Origin: a virus | Taxonomy: Duplodnaviria > Heunggongvirae > Uroviricota > Caudoviricetes | Direction: 5' to 3' (one strand) | Virus record (IMG/VR): IMGVR_UViG_2778261512_000019 | Location: 1-22,976 of that record | DNA length: 22,976 nt | In this document: piece after piece, positions 1 through 8,184 of the stretch | Layout of the letters: every line of letters begins with the position of its first letter | Numbering within the stretch: position 1 is the first letter of the stretch | Program-made: the position numbers and the translations under genes | Notes under the pieces: model-generated | Told to the model about the DNA's origin: nothing | Databases searched by the model: none | The model's input: the letters and a program-made list of their open reading frames with translations, nothing else

Positions 1-351
1 ATGCCCCCACGAACCCCAAAAGCCTGCCGTGTTCGCGGCTGCCGCTCTACAACCACGGACCCTTCAGGCTACTGCGAAAGCCACAAAAGCGAAGGCTGGA
101 AGCAATACAAACCTGGACAATCCCGTCATCAGCGCGGCTACGGTTCGAAGTGGGACAGTATCCGCGCGCGTGTCCTGAAGCGTGACAAAGGCCTGTGTCA
201 GTTATGTCTGCGTGCTGGTGTGGTGCGTGAGGCGAAGACCGTTGACCACATCATCCCTAAATCGCATGGCGGCACTGATGTCGACAGTAATCTGCAGAGT
301 TTGTGCTGGCCGTGTCATAAGGCGAAGACGGCCCGTGAACGGCTGAAGTAA
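1..351 (+). CDS. Phage HNH endonuclease (terminase-associated type); start may lie at or upstream of the window edge
   Basis: 116-aa ORF with paired Cys (CRVRGC...C) and an HNH core (VDHIIPKSHGG...N...CWPCH); sits immediately upstream of the terminase small subunit as in HK97-like phages. Confidence 0.8.
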   Translation: MPPRTPKACRVRGCRSTTTDPSGYCESHKSEGWKQYKPGQSRHQRGYGSKWDSIRARVLKRDKGLCQLCLRAGVVREAKTVDHIIPKSHGGTDVDSNLQSLCWPCHKAKTARERLK

Positions 352-377
352 GAACCAGTTCCCACTGCCAGAGGGGA

Positions 378-437
378 GGGGCGGGTCAAATCCCTGTGAC
401 CTGACGTCTTCCGGACTGCCCGCCCCATCGTTTTTTT
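378..437 (+). terminator. GC-rich hairpin (GGGGCGGG ... CCCGCCCC) followed by a T7 run; terminator-like structure inside the HNH-terS intergenic region
   Basis: Inverted repeat at 378-385 / 419-426 with a 33-nt loop, then TTTTTTT at 431-437. The long loop makes it atypical for an intrinsic terminator. Confidence 0.35.
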
Positions 438-476
438 ATACCCGCGAAAAATGAAATTTAACCAGGAGTGCCGCAT

Positions 477-971
477 ATGGCTGGAACGGCGGGGCGTTCC
501 GGGCGTCGCCCCAAGCCAACGGCGCGCAAGGCGCTGGCCGGAAATCCCGGCAAGCGAGCCCTGAACAAAGATGAACCTGTTTTTACGCCCATCAAAGGTG
601 TTGAGCCACCGGAGTGGTTCGCTGAAGAAGATCTCCCTCTCGCCACGATCATGTGGCAACTGACAACCAAAGAACTCTGCGGTCAGGGCCTGCTGTGCGT
701 GACTGACCTCGCGGTGCTTGAGCGGTGGTGCGTGGCCTACGAGTTCTGGCGACGTGCCGTGAAAAATATTGCCAGACAGGGCAACACCATCACCGGTGCA
801 ATGGGCGGTATGGTCAAAAATCCTGAGCTGACCGCCAAAAAAGAACAGGAGTCCGAGATGAGCAGTACGGGGGCAATGCTCGGACTCGACCCCAGCAGCC
901 GCCAGCGTCTGATTGGCCTGGCGGGGCAGAAGAAAGCCACTAACCCGTTTCTGAAAATTATCGAATCATGA
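477..971 (+). CDS. Terminase small subunit (P27 family)
   Basis: Translation [27 protein letters not shown]... is typical of the P27-family small terminase N-terminus; AGGAG at 464-468 precedes the ATG at 477; stop overlaps the terL start (ATGA). Confidence 0.8.
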   Translation: MAGTAGRSGRRPKPTARKALAGNPGKRALNKDEPVFTPIKGVEPPEWFAEEDLPLATIMWQLTTKELCGQGLLCVTDLAVLERWCVAYEFWRRAVKNIARQGNTITGAMGGMVKNPELTAKKEQESEMSSTGAMLGLDPSSRQRLIGLAGQKKATNPFLKIIES

Positions 972-2701
972 GCCGGAAATCTTACCCCAACGTAAATGCT
1001 GCCAATCAGTATGCCCGGGATGTCGTGCGCGGAAAGATTGTGGCCTGCCAGTTTGTGATTCAGGCCTGCCAGCGCCATCTTGATGACCTGATGGCGGAAA
1101 AAAGTAAGTCGTTTCGTTACCGCTTCGACAAGGATCTGGCTGAACGGGCCGCCAAATTTATTCAGCTGTTGCCGCACACCAAGGGGGAGTGGGCATTCAA
1201 ACGGATGCCCATCACGCTGGAGCCGTGGCAGCTATTTGTGATCTGCTGTGCGTTTGGCTGGGTCAATAAAGGCACCCGGTTGCGCCGCTTCCGGGAGGTG
1301 TACACCGAAATCCCCCGTAAGAACGGCAAATCAGCAATCTCTGCCGGTGTTGCCCTGTATTGTTTTGCCTGTGATAACGAGTTTGGCGCGGAAGTGTATT
1401 CCGGTGCCACGACAGAGAAACAGGCGTGGGAAGTCTTTCGCCCGGCACGACTGATGTGTAAACGCACACCCATGCTGACGGAAGCGTTCGGGATTGAGGT
1501 TAACGCCTCAAACATGAACCGTCCGGAGGATGGCGCGCGGTTTGAACCGCTGATCGGCAACCCAGGTGATGGTTCATCACCCCACTGTGCCGTGGTTGAT
1601 GAATATCACGAGCATGCCACCGATGCGCTTTATACCACAATGCTTACCGGGATGGGGGCGCGACGTCAGCCACTGATGTGGGCCATTACTACTGCCGGGT
1701 ACAACATTGAGGGGCCGTGCTACGACAAACGGCGGGAAGTTATCGAGATGCTCAACGGTTCGGTACCCAACGATGAACTGTTCGGGATCATCTATACCGT
1801 TGACGAAGGTGACGACTGGACCAACCCACAGGTGCTGGAAAAAGCTAACCCGAATATCGGGGTGTCGGTTTACCGTGAGTTTTTGTTAAGTCAGCAACAG
1901 CGTGCGAAAAATAACGCCCGTCTGGCAAACGTCTTTAAAACAAAACACCTCAATATCTGGGTGTCGGCGCGTTCGGCGTATTTCAACCTGGTGAGCTGGC
2001 AGAGCTGCGAGGATAAATCACTGACTCTTGAGCAATTCGAGGGGCAGCCGTGCATTCTGGCCTTTGACCTGGCGCGTAAACTGGATATGAACAGCATGGC
2101 GCGACTTTATACCCGCGAGATTGACGGTAAAACGCATTACTACAGTGTGGCCCCGCGTTTCTGGGTACCGTATGACACGGTGTACAGCGTCGAGAAAAAT
2201 GAAGATCGCCGGACAGCCGAACGCTTTCAGAAATGGGTGGAAATGGGCGTCCTGACCGTTACCGATGGTGCAGAGGTGGATTATCGCTACATCCTCGAAG
2301 AGGCCAAAGCGGCGAACAAAATCAGCCCGGTCAGCGAGTCACCCATCGACCCCTTCGGGGCGACCGGGCTGTCACATGACCTTGCTGATGAAGACCTGAA
2401 TCCCGTCACTATCTTCCAGAACTTCACCAATATGTCCGATCCGATGAAAGAGCTGGAAGCAGCGATTGAATCGGGACGTTTTCATCATGACGGCAATCCC
2501 ATCATGACCTGGTGTATCGGCAACGTGGTCGGCAAAAACATGCCGGGTAACGATGATGTGGTGAAACCCGTCAAAGAGCAGGCGGAAAACAAAATTGACG
2601 GTGCAGTTGCGCTGATTATGGCGGTTGGCAGAGCCATGCTGTACGAGAAAGAAGACACGCTGTCTGATCACATTGAGTCCTACGGGATCCGCTCGCTTTA
2701 A
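968..2701 (+). CDS. Terminase large subunit
   Basis: 577-aa ORF directly downstream of terS and translationally coupled; size and position fit a phage large terminase. Confidence 0.85.
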   Translation: MSRKSYPNVNAANQYARDVVRGKIVACQFVIQACQRHLDDLMAEKSKSFRYRFDKDLAERAAKFIQLLPHTKGEWAFKRMPITLEPWQLFVICCAFGWVNKGTRLRRFREVYTEIPRKNGKSAISAGVALYCFACDNEFGAEVYSGATTEKQAWEVFRPARLMCKRTPMLTEAFGIEVNASNMNRPEDGARFEPLIGNPGDGSSPHCAVVDEYHEHATDALYTTMLTGMGARRQPLMWAITTAGYNIEGPCYDKRREVIEMLNGSVPNDELFGIIYTVDEGDDWTNPQVLEKANPNIGVSVYREFLLSQQQRAKNNARLANVFKTKHLNIWVSARSAYFNLVSWQSCEDKSLTLEQFEGQPCILAFDLARKLDMNSMARLYTREIDGKTHYYSVAPRFWVPYDTVYSVEKNEDRRTAERFQKWVEMGVLTVTDGAEVDYRYILEEAKAANKISPVSESPIDPFGATGLSHDLADEDLNPVTIFQNFTNMSDPMKELEAAIESGRFHHDGNPIMTWCIGNVVGKNMPGNDDVVKPVKEQAENKIDGAVALIMAVGRAMLYEKEDTLSDHIESYGIRSL

Positions 2702-2712
2702 CTGAGGTAATT

Positions 2713-2895
2713 ATGATCATGCTGATTCTCGCGCCTCTGGTGGGCGTGCTGGGGGGGCTTTTGCTGGCGTATGGGGCCTGGCTGATTTATCCCCCTGCGG
2801 GGTTTGTTGTTGCCGGGGCGTTGTGCCTGTTCTGGTCGTGGCTGGTGGCGCGATATCTCGACCGTACACAGATGTCTGTTGGTGGAGGTAAATAG
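2713..2895 (+). CDS. Small hydrophobic (2-TM) protein of unknown function
   Basis: 60-aa ORF with GAGGTAA 5 nt upstream of the ATG; two hydrophobic stretches ([22 protein letters not shown] and [17 protein letters not shown]); its stop overlaps the portal GTG start. Confidence 0.5.
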   Translation: MIMLILAPLVGVLGGLLLAYGAWLIYPPAGFVVAGALCLFWSWLVARYLDRTQMSVGGGK

Positions 2896-4136
2896 TGTTC
2901 TTTTCGGGATTATTTCAACGAAAAAGTGACGCACCGGTGACCACGCCAGCAGAGCTGGCGGATGCTATCGGGCTGTCATACGACACCTATACCGGAAAGC
3001 AGATCAGCAGCCAGAGGGCCATGCGACTGACGGCGGTTTTTTCCTGCGTCAGGGTGCTGGCGGAGTCGGTCGGGATGTTGCCCTGCAACCTGTATCACCT
3101 GAACGGCAGCCTGAAGCAGAGAGCCACTGGCGAACGTCTGCATAAGCTGATCTCCACGCATCCCAATGGCTATATGACGCCGCAGGAGTTCTGGGAGCTG
3201 GTGGTCACCTGTCTGTGCCTGCGGGGAAACTTTTACGCCTACAAAGTGAAAGCGTTTGGCGAAGTGGCTGAACTGCTGCCCGTCGATCCCGGTTGTGTGG
3301 TACCGAAGCTTAACAGTAGCTGGGAACCGGTTTACCAGGTCACATTCCCGGACGGCTCCACGGATGTACTGAGCCAGGAAGATATCTGGCATGTGCGCAC
3401 GCTGACGCTGGACGGTCTGGTGGGACTGAATCCCATCGCCTATGCCCGCGAGGCAATATCGCTGGCAGCTGCGACCGAAGAGCACGGGGCCAGACTGTTC
3501 AGCAATGGCGCGGTGACGTCGGGTGTGTTGCGTACAGAACAGACGCTGTCGGATCAGGCTTATGAGCGCCTGAAGAAAGATTTTGAGGAGCGTCACACCG
3601 GGCTTGGTAATGCTCACCGCCCGATGATCCTTGAGATGGGGCTGGACTGGAAGTCGATGGCGCTGAACGCCGAGGACAGCCAGTTCCTGGAAACCCGCAA
3701 GTTTCAGCTTGAAGAAATCTGTCGTCTGTTCCGGGTGCCGTTGCACATGGTGCAGAACACCGATCGCGCCACCTTCAACAATATCGAAGAGCTGGGGCTG
3801 GGATTTATCAACTATTCACTGGTGCCGTATCTGACCCGCATCGAACAGCGGATCAACACCGGACTGGTACGAAAAAGTAAGCAGGGCGTTTATTACGCCA
3901 AATTTAACGCCGGGGCGTTACTGCGCGGGGATATGAAGTCCCGTTTTGAAGCCTACGCCACCGGGATCAACTGGGGAATTTACTCTCCCAATGACTGCCG
4001 CGATCTGGAAGATATGAATCCGCGTCCCGGTGGTGATGTCTATCTCACACCGATGAACATGACCACGAAACCCTCCGATGGCAGTAAAGCCGGTAAGCAG
4101 AAGGATAACGCCAATGCAGACGAAACAACGTCTTGA
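2895..4136 (+). CDS. Portal protein (HK97 family)
   Basis: 413-aa ORF with GTG start preceded by GGAGG; position between terminase and prohead protease. Confidence 0.85.
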   Translation: MFFSGLFQRKSDAPVTTPAELADAIGLSYDTYTGKQISSQRAMRLTAVFSCVRVLAESVGMLPCNLYHLNGSLKQRATGERLHKLISTHPNGYMTPQEFWELVVTCLCLRGNFYAYKVKAFGEVAELLPVDPGCVVPKLNSSWEPVYQVTFPDGSTDVLSQEDIWHVRTLTLDGLVGLNPIAYAREAISLAAATEEHGARLFSNGAVTSGVLRTEQTLSDQAYERLKKDFEERHTGLGNAHRPMILEMGLDWKSMALNAEDSQFLETRKFQLEEICRLFRVPLHMVQNTDRATFNNIEELGLGFINYSLVPYLTRIEQRINTGLVRKSKQGVYYAKFNAGALLRGDMKSRFEAYATGINWGIYSPNDCRDLEDMNPRPGGDVYLTPMNMTTKPSDGSKAGKQKDNANADETTS

Positions 4137-4764
4137 TGTACCGCTGAGTCTGAAGTCTGTCAGTGACTCCGGTGAGTTTGAAGGGTATGGCTCCGTCTTT
4201 GGTGTAAAGGACAGCCACGATGATGTGGTGATGTCCGGGGCATTTGCCGCCTCCCTGCGGGCGTGGAGTGACAGAAAAGCGTTACCTGCGCTGCTCTGGC
4301 AGCACCGCATGGATGAACCCATCGGTGTTTACACCGAAATGAAGGAAGACGATGTCGGGCTTTACGTCAGGGGACGGTTGCTTATTGATGATGATCCCCT
4401 CGCAAAACGCGCACATGCACACATGAAGGCCGGTTCGTTAACCGGCCTTTCTATTGGGTACGTCCTGAAAGACTGGGAATACGACCGGAGCAAAGAAGCC
4501 TTTCTGCTGAAAGAAATCGACCTCTGGGAAGTCAGCCTGGTGACGTTCCCGTCTAACGACGAGGCGCGGATCAGCGACGTCAAGAACGCACTGGCCCGCG
4601 GGGAAATCCCCGAACAGAAAAAAATCGAAAGAGTCCTGCGTGATGTCGGACTCTCCCGTACCCAGGCCAAAGCATTCATGGCCGGGGGCTATGGCGCACT
4701 GTCCCTGCGCGACGCTGAGGATGTGGGCTCTGCACTGAATGCACTGAAAAATCTGAACTTCTAA
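4114..4764 (+). CDS. Prohead maturation protease (HK97 family, peptidase S78/U35)
   Basis: N-terminal motif SGEFEGYGSVFGVKDSHDDVVMSGAF matches the HK97 prohead protease signature; AAGGA sits 7 nt upstream of the ATG at 4114, preferred over the in-frame ATG at 4078. Confidence 0.85.
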   Translation: MQTKQRLDVPLSLKSVSDSGEFEGYGSVFGVKDSHDDVVMSGAFAASLRAWSDRKALPALLWQHRMDEPIGVYTEMKEDDVGLYVRGRLLIDDDPLAKRAHAHMKAGSLTGLSIGYVLKDWEYDRSKEAFLLKEIDLWEVSLVTFPSNDEARISDVKNALARGEIPEQKKIERVLRDVGLSRTQAKAFMAGGYGALSLRDAEDVGSALNALKNLNF

Positions 4765-4778
4765 TCAGGAGAAATACG

Positions 4779-5984
4779 ATGGCGGTTGATATTAAAGATG
4801 TCGAACAGGTCGCGCAGGAGCTGCAGCAGAAGTTTGACGACTTCAAAGCAAAGAACGACAAGCGCGTGGATGCGATTGAGCAGGAAAAAGGCAAGCTTGC
4901 CGGGCAGGTGGAAACCCTGAACGGGAAACTCAGCGAGCTGGAAAATCTCAAAAGCGACCTTGAAAAAGAGCTGATTGAGCTGAAACGTCCGGCAGGTGGA
5001 GCGCAAAATAAACTGGCCACCGAGCATAAAGAGGCGTTTGTGGGCTTCCTGCGTAAAGGCCGTGAAGACGGTCTGCGCGATCTGGAGCGTAAGGCATTGC
5101 AGGTGGGCACCGATGAAGACGGTGGCTACGCCGTGCCGGAAGAACTGGATCGCAACATTCTTAACCTGCTGAAAGATGAAGTGGTGATGCGTCAGGAAGC
5201 CACGGTGATCACCGTTGGCGGCTCCGACTACAAAAAACTGGTGAATCTGGGCGGTACGGCTTCCGGATGGGTTGGCGAGACTGACGCGCGATCCCAGACT
5301 GCCACCTCCAGACTGGAGCTGATTGAACCTCTCATGGGGGAAATCTACGGCAACCCGCAGGCTACCCAGAAAATGCTGGACGATGCCTTCTTCAACGTGG
5401 AGGCATGGATCAACAGCGAGCTGGCAACCGAATTTGCCGAACAGGAAGAAATTGCCTTTACCTCAGGCGATGGCACCAAGAAGCCGAAAGGGTTCCTGGC
5501 GTATGAATCCACTGATGAAACCGACAAGGTCCGGGCGTTCGGCAAACTTCAGCATATTGTATCCGGCGAAGCGACCGCGGTGACCGCAGACGCCATTATC
5601 AAACTGATTTACACGCTGCGTAAGGCACACCGCACTGGCGCGAAGTTCATGATGAACAACAACAGCCTGTTTGCCATCCGTCTGCTTAAAGACAGCGAGG
5701 GTAACTATCTGTGGCGTCCGGGGCTGGAACTGGGGCAGCCGTCCTCTCTGGCGGGTTACGGTATCGCTGAAAACGAACAGATGCCGGATATCGCCGCTGA
5801 TGCGAAAGCCATTGCATTTGGTAACTTCAAACGGGGTTACACCATCGTTGACCGTATCGGCACCCGCATTCTGCGTGACCCGTACACCAATAAACCGTTT
5901 GTCGGTTTTTATACCACCAAGCGCACCGGCGGGATGCTGGTCGATTCGCAGGCCATCAAACTGCTGAAGATTGCAGCGGCGTAA
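4779..5984 (+). CDS. Major capsid protein (HK97 fold) with N-terminal coiled-coil scaffolding (delta) domain
   Basis: 401-aa ORF with AGGAG RBS; the first ~75 aa are heptad-rich and charged (QELQQKFDDFKAKNDKRVDAIEQEKGKLAGQVETLNGKLSELENLKSDLEKELIELK); follows the protease gene. Confidence 0.9.
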   Translation: MAVDIKDVEQVAQELQQKFDDFKAKNDKRVDAIEQEKGKLAGQVETLNGKLSELENLKSDLEKELIELKRPAGGAQNKLATEHKEAFVGFLRKGREDGLRDLERKALQVGTDEDGGYAVPEELDRNILNLLKDEVVMRQEATVITVGGSDYKKLVNLGGTASGWVGETDARSQTATSRLELIEPLMGEIYGNPQATQKMLDDAFFNVEAWINSELATEFAEQEEIAFTSGDGTKKPKGFLAYESTDETDKVRAFGKLQHIVSGEATAVTADAIIKLIYTLRKAHRTGAKFMMNNNSLFAIRLLKDSEGNYLWRPGLELGQPSSLAGYGIAENEQMPDIAADAKAIAFGNFKRGYTIVDRIGTRILRDPYTNKPFVGFYTTKRTGGMLVDSQAIKLLKIAAA

Positions 5985-5991
5985 TCATTCA

Positions 5992-6017
5992 GGGGCGCGG
6001 AACCGCGCCCCCTGTTT
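5992..6017 (+). terminator. Rho-independent terminator after the capsid gene
   Basis: GGGGCGCGGAACCGCGCCCC perfect GC-rich hairpin followed by TGTTTT, 8 nt after the capsid stop codon. Confidence 0.65.
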
Positions 6018-6033
6018 TGACGGGTGAAGAATC

Positions 6034-6234
6034 ATGATCCTGAAACAAGATCTGAAATGGTCACCGGACGGTATGCGTGTTGAGGTCATTCGGGCCGGTG
6101 AGTATGACGACGGGGCGCTTCCTGCCCGGGTGCAGGAGATTGCACTTCAGGCCGGGTTAGCAGAGCGCGGAACCAGTGCAAAAAGCAGTAAAGCGACAAA
6201 AGAGAAAAAAGCCACGACCAGTAAAGAGGGCTGA
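6034..6234 (+). CDS. Hypothetical small protein with Lys-rich C-terminus
   Basis: 66-aa ORF just downstream of the capsid terminator; weak RBS; C-terminus KSSKATKEKKATTSKEG. Only positional support. Confidence 0.4.
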   Translation: MILKQDLKWSPDGMRVEVIRAGEYDDGALPARVQEIALQAGLAERGTSAKSSKATKEKKATTSKEG

Positions 6235-6236
6235 GT

Positions 6237-6560
6237 ATGCTTCTGACAATGGAAGAGATTAAAGCCCAACTCCGGCTGGATGAGGATTTCGATGCTGATG
6301 ACCGCCATCTGCAACTGCTGGCCTGTGCGGCGCAAAAGCGGACGGAAACGTATCTGAACCGGAAGCTCTATGCTCCGGATGAAACCATTCCGGACAGCGA
6401 TCCGGACGGGCTGCACCTGCCGGATGATATTCGTCTGGGGATGCTGATGCTTATCAGCCATTTTTACGAAAACCGCTCGTCGGTTACGGAAGTGGAGAAA
6501 CTCGACATGCCGCAGAGTTTTGGCTGGCTTGTCGGCCCGTACAGGTACTTTCCGCAATGA
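6237..6560 (+). CDS. Head-tail connector protein (gp6-like); true start may be the internal Met at 6249
   Basis: 107-aa ORF, N-terminus MEEIKAQLRLDEDFDADD... resembles phage gp6-like connector proteins; stop overlaps the next start (ATGA). Confidence 0.7.
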   Translation: MLLTMEEIKAQLRLDEDFDADDRHLQLLACAAQKRTETYLNRKLYAPDETIPDSDPDGLHLPDDIRLGMLMLISHFYENRSSVTEVEKLDMPQSFGWLVGPYRYFPQ

Positions 6561-6967
6561 AAATTCGTCAGGCGCAGACCAGCGCAACCTACATTCTGCC
6601 GGACCCCGGTGAACTGAATAAACGCGTCCTGATCCGCCTGCGGGTGGATATGCCCGCGGATAACTTTGGCGTGGAGCCTCAATACCCGGTTACGTTCCGG
6701 ACATGGGCGAAGGTTATCCAGACCAGTGCCACCACCTGGCAGGAAACCGCGCAGACCGGGGACGCCATCACCCATTACATCACCATTCGTTACCGCCGGG
6801 GGATCACCGCTGATTATGAGGTGGTCTGCGGTGACAGTGTGTACCGGGTGAAACGTCAGCGCGATCTGAACGGGGCGCGGCGCTTTCTGCTGCTGGAGTG
6901 TACGGAGCTGGGCGAATGTAGGCAGAGTCACGGAGGCAACAATGACGACTTCCTTTTTGCACGTTGA
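6557..6967 (+). CDS. Head closure / head-tail adaptor protein (SPP1 gp16-like)
   Basis: 136-aa ORF with FRTWAKV...ITIRYRRGI...YRV...RFLLLEC pattern typical of head-tail joining proteins. Confidence 0.7.
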   Translation: MKIRQAQTSATYILPDPGELNKRVLIRLRVDMPADNFGVEPQYPVTFRTWAKVIQTSATTWQETAQTGDAITHYITIRYRRGITADYEVVCGDSVYRVKRQRDLNGARRFLLLECTELGECRQSHGGNNDDFLFAR

Positions 6968-7448
6968 TTTTCAGCAGCCCGCGGAGATGCGCTTTAACCG
7001 CGCCCGTGTCAGGCGGGCGTTTGTCACGATTGGTCAGCGTCATATGCGTGATGCCCGTCGGCTGGTGATGCGCCGTGCGCGGTCGGCACCGGGTGAAAAC
7101 CCCGGTTATCAGACCGGACGCCTGGCTCGTTCGATTGGTTACATGGTACCCAGAGCCAGTAAACATCGCCCTGGTTTTATGGCACGTATAGCCCCTAACC
7201 AGCGTAATGGAGAGGGAAACCGCCGTATCACCGGTGATTTTTATCCGGCTTTTCTGTTCTATGGCGTGAGGCGAGGGGCAAAGCGTCGTCGCAGCCATCA
7301 TCGTGGTGCATCCGGTGGCAGCGGCTGGCGACTGGCTCCACGTAATAACTTTATGGTGGAAACTCTTGAAAAGAACCGCAGCTGGACACGCTATTTTCTG
7401 GCGCGGGAATTGCGTAAATCACTGAAGCCGGAGCGACGACACAGATGA
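6942..7448 (+). CDS. Arg-rich neck / virion morphogenesis protein (HK97 gp10-like or Mu G-like)
   Basis: 168-aa strongly basic ORF with GGAGG RBS; assignment is by position between head-closure and tail genes. Confidence 0.5.
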   Translation: MTTSFLHVDFQQPAEMRFNRARVRRAFVTIGQRHMRDARRLVMRRARSAPGENPGYQTGRLARSIGYMVPRASKHRPGFMARIAPNQRNGEGNRRITGDFYPAFLFYGVRRGAKRRRSHHRGASGGSGWRLAPRNNFMVETLEKNRSWTRYFLARELRKSLKPERRHR

Positions 7449-8005
7449 AACTGACGCCTGTTATTGCTGCGCTGCGTGCCCGCTGCCCGTATTTTGAAAA
7501 CCGGGTGGCAGGCGCGGCACAGTTCAAAAATCTGCCGGAGGTCGGAAAGCTGAGACTCCCGGCGGCGTATGTGGTACCGGGTGATGACTCTCCGGGAGAA
7601 AACAAAAGCCAGACCGACTACTGGCAGGAGCTGAAAGAGGGCTTCTCCGTGGTTGTCATACTGAGTAACGGGCGTGATGAGCGCGGTCAGTTTGCTTCGT
7701 ATGATGTGGTGGACGATGTCCGGCAGATGCTCTTTAAGGCTCTGCTGGGCTGGAACCCGGAGGCGTGCGGTAACCCGATTACCTATGACGGCGGCACGCT
7801 GCTGGATCTGAATCGTCATGAGCTGATTTATCAGTTCGATTTTTCGGTCATCAGCGAGCTGACTGAAGACGATACCCGCCAGCAGGATGATCTGAACAGT
7901 CTGGATGAACTGCAAACGCTGGCGATTGATGTTGATTATCTCGAGCCCGGTAACGGGCCTGACGGCGATATCGAACATCACACCGAAATAACCCTTCCTT
8001 CCTGA
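7445..8005 (+). CDS. Structural protein resembling Mu gp37 (DUF1834)
   Basis: 186-aa acidic ORF, translationally coupled (ATGA) to the previous gene and lying just upstream of the sheath gene; family assignment is tentative. Confidence 0.5.
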   Translation: MKLTPVIAALRARCPYFENRVAGAAQFKNLPEVGKLRLPAAYVVPGDDSPGENKSQTDYWQELKEGFSVVVILSNGRDERGQFASYDVVDDVRQMLFKALLGWNPEACGNPITYDGGTLLDLNRHELIYQFDFSVISELTEDDTRQQDDLNSLDELQTLAIDVDYLEPGNGPDGDIEHHTEITLPS

Positions 8006-8013
8006 GGATCCTC

Positions 8014-8184
8014 ATGTTTGTCAAACCTGTTAAAGGGCGGTCAGTTCCTGACCCTGCCCGCGGCGACCTTTTGCCCGCCGAAGGGCGAAATGTTGACGAG
8101 AACAACTACTGGCTGCGCCGTGAAGCAGCGGGTGATATCCGGCGCGTGAATAAAAAGGTGAACACCGATGACGATAAGCTTTAA
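8014..8184 (+). CDS. Small conserved protein (DUF2635-like), absent from the supplied ORF track
   Basis: 56-aa ORF (MFVKPVKGRSVPDPARGDLLPAEGRNVDENNYWLRREAAGDIRRVNKKVNTDDDKL) with GAGGA RBS 5 nt upstream; overlaps the sheath start; a similar small protein precedes the sheath gene in Mu-like tail clusters. Confidence 0.5.
   Translation: MFVKPVKGRSVPDPARGDLLPAEGRNVDENNYWLRREAAGDIRRVNKKVNTDDDKL

Noticed and set aside
1-351. Whether the leading HNH gene is a homing endonuclease or intein fragment
   Set aside because: It is a free-standing 116-aa ORF in the conserved position next to the terminase genes, with no host gene interrupted.
468-476. GTG start at 468 for the small terminase
   Set aside because: The AGGAG RBS overlaps this GTG; the ATG at 477 has proper spacing and is taken as the start.
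2976-3746. 256-aa minus-strand ORF inside the portal gene; likewise other long antisense ORFs inside terminase, capsid, connector, tape measure and gpN-like genes (737-1177, 4676-5110, 6464-6931, 6804-7301, 7391-7981, 11748-12236, 13007-13504)
   Set aside because: Each lies wholly within a well-supported sense gene of a coupled operon, has no RBS, and is what GC-rich DNA produces by chance on the opposite strand.
4078-4113. Upstream ATG at 4078 for the prohead protease
   Set aside because: No RBS; the in-frame ATG at 4114 has AAGGA 7 nt upstream and gives a product starting near the conserved protease motif.
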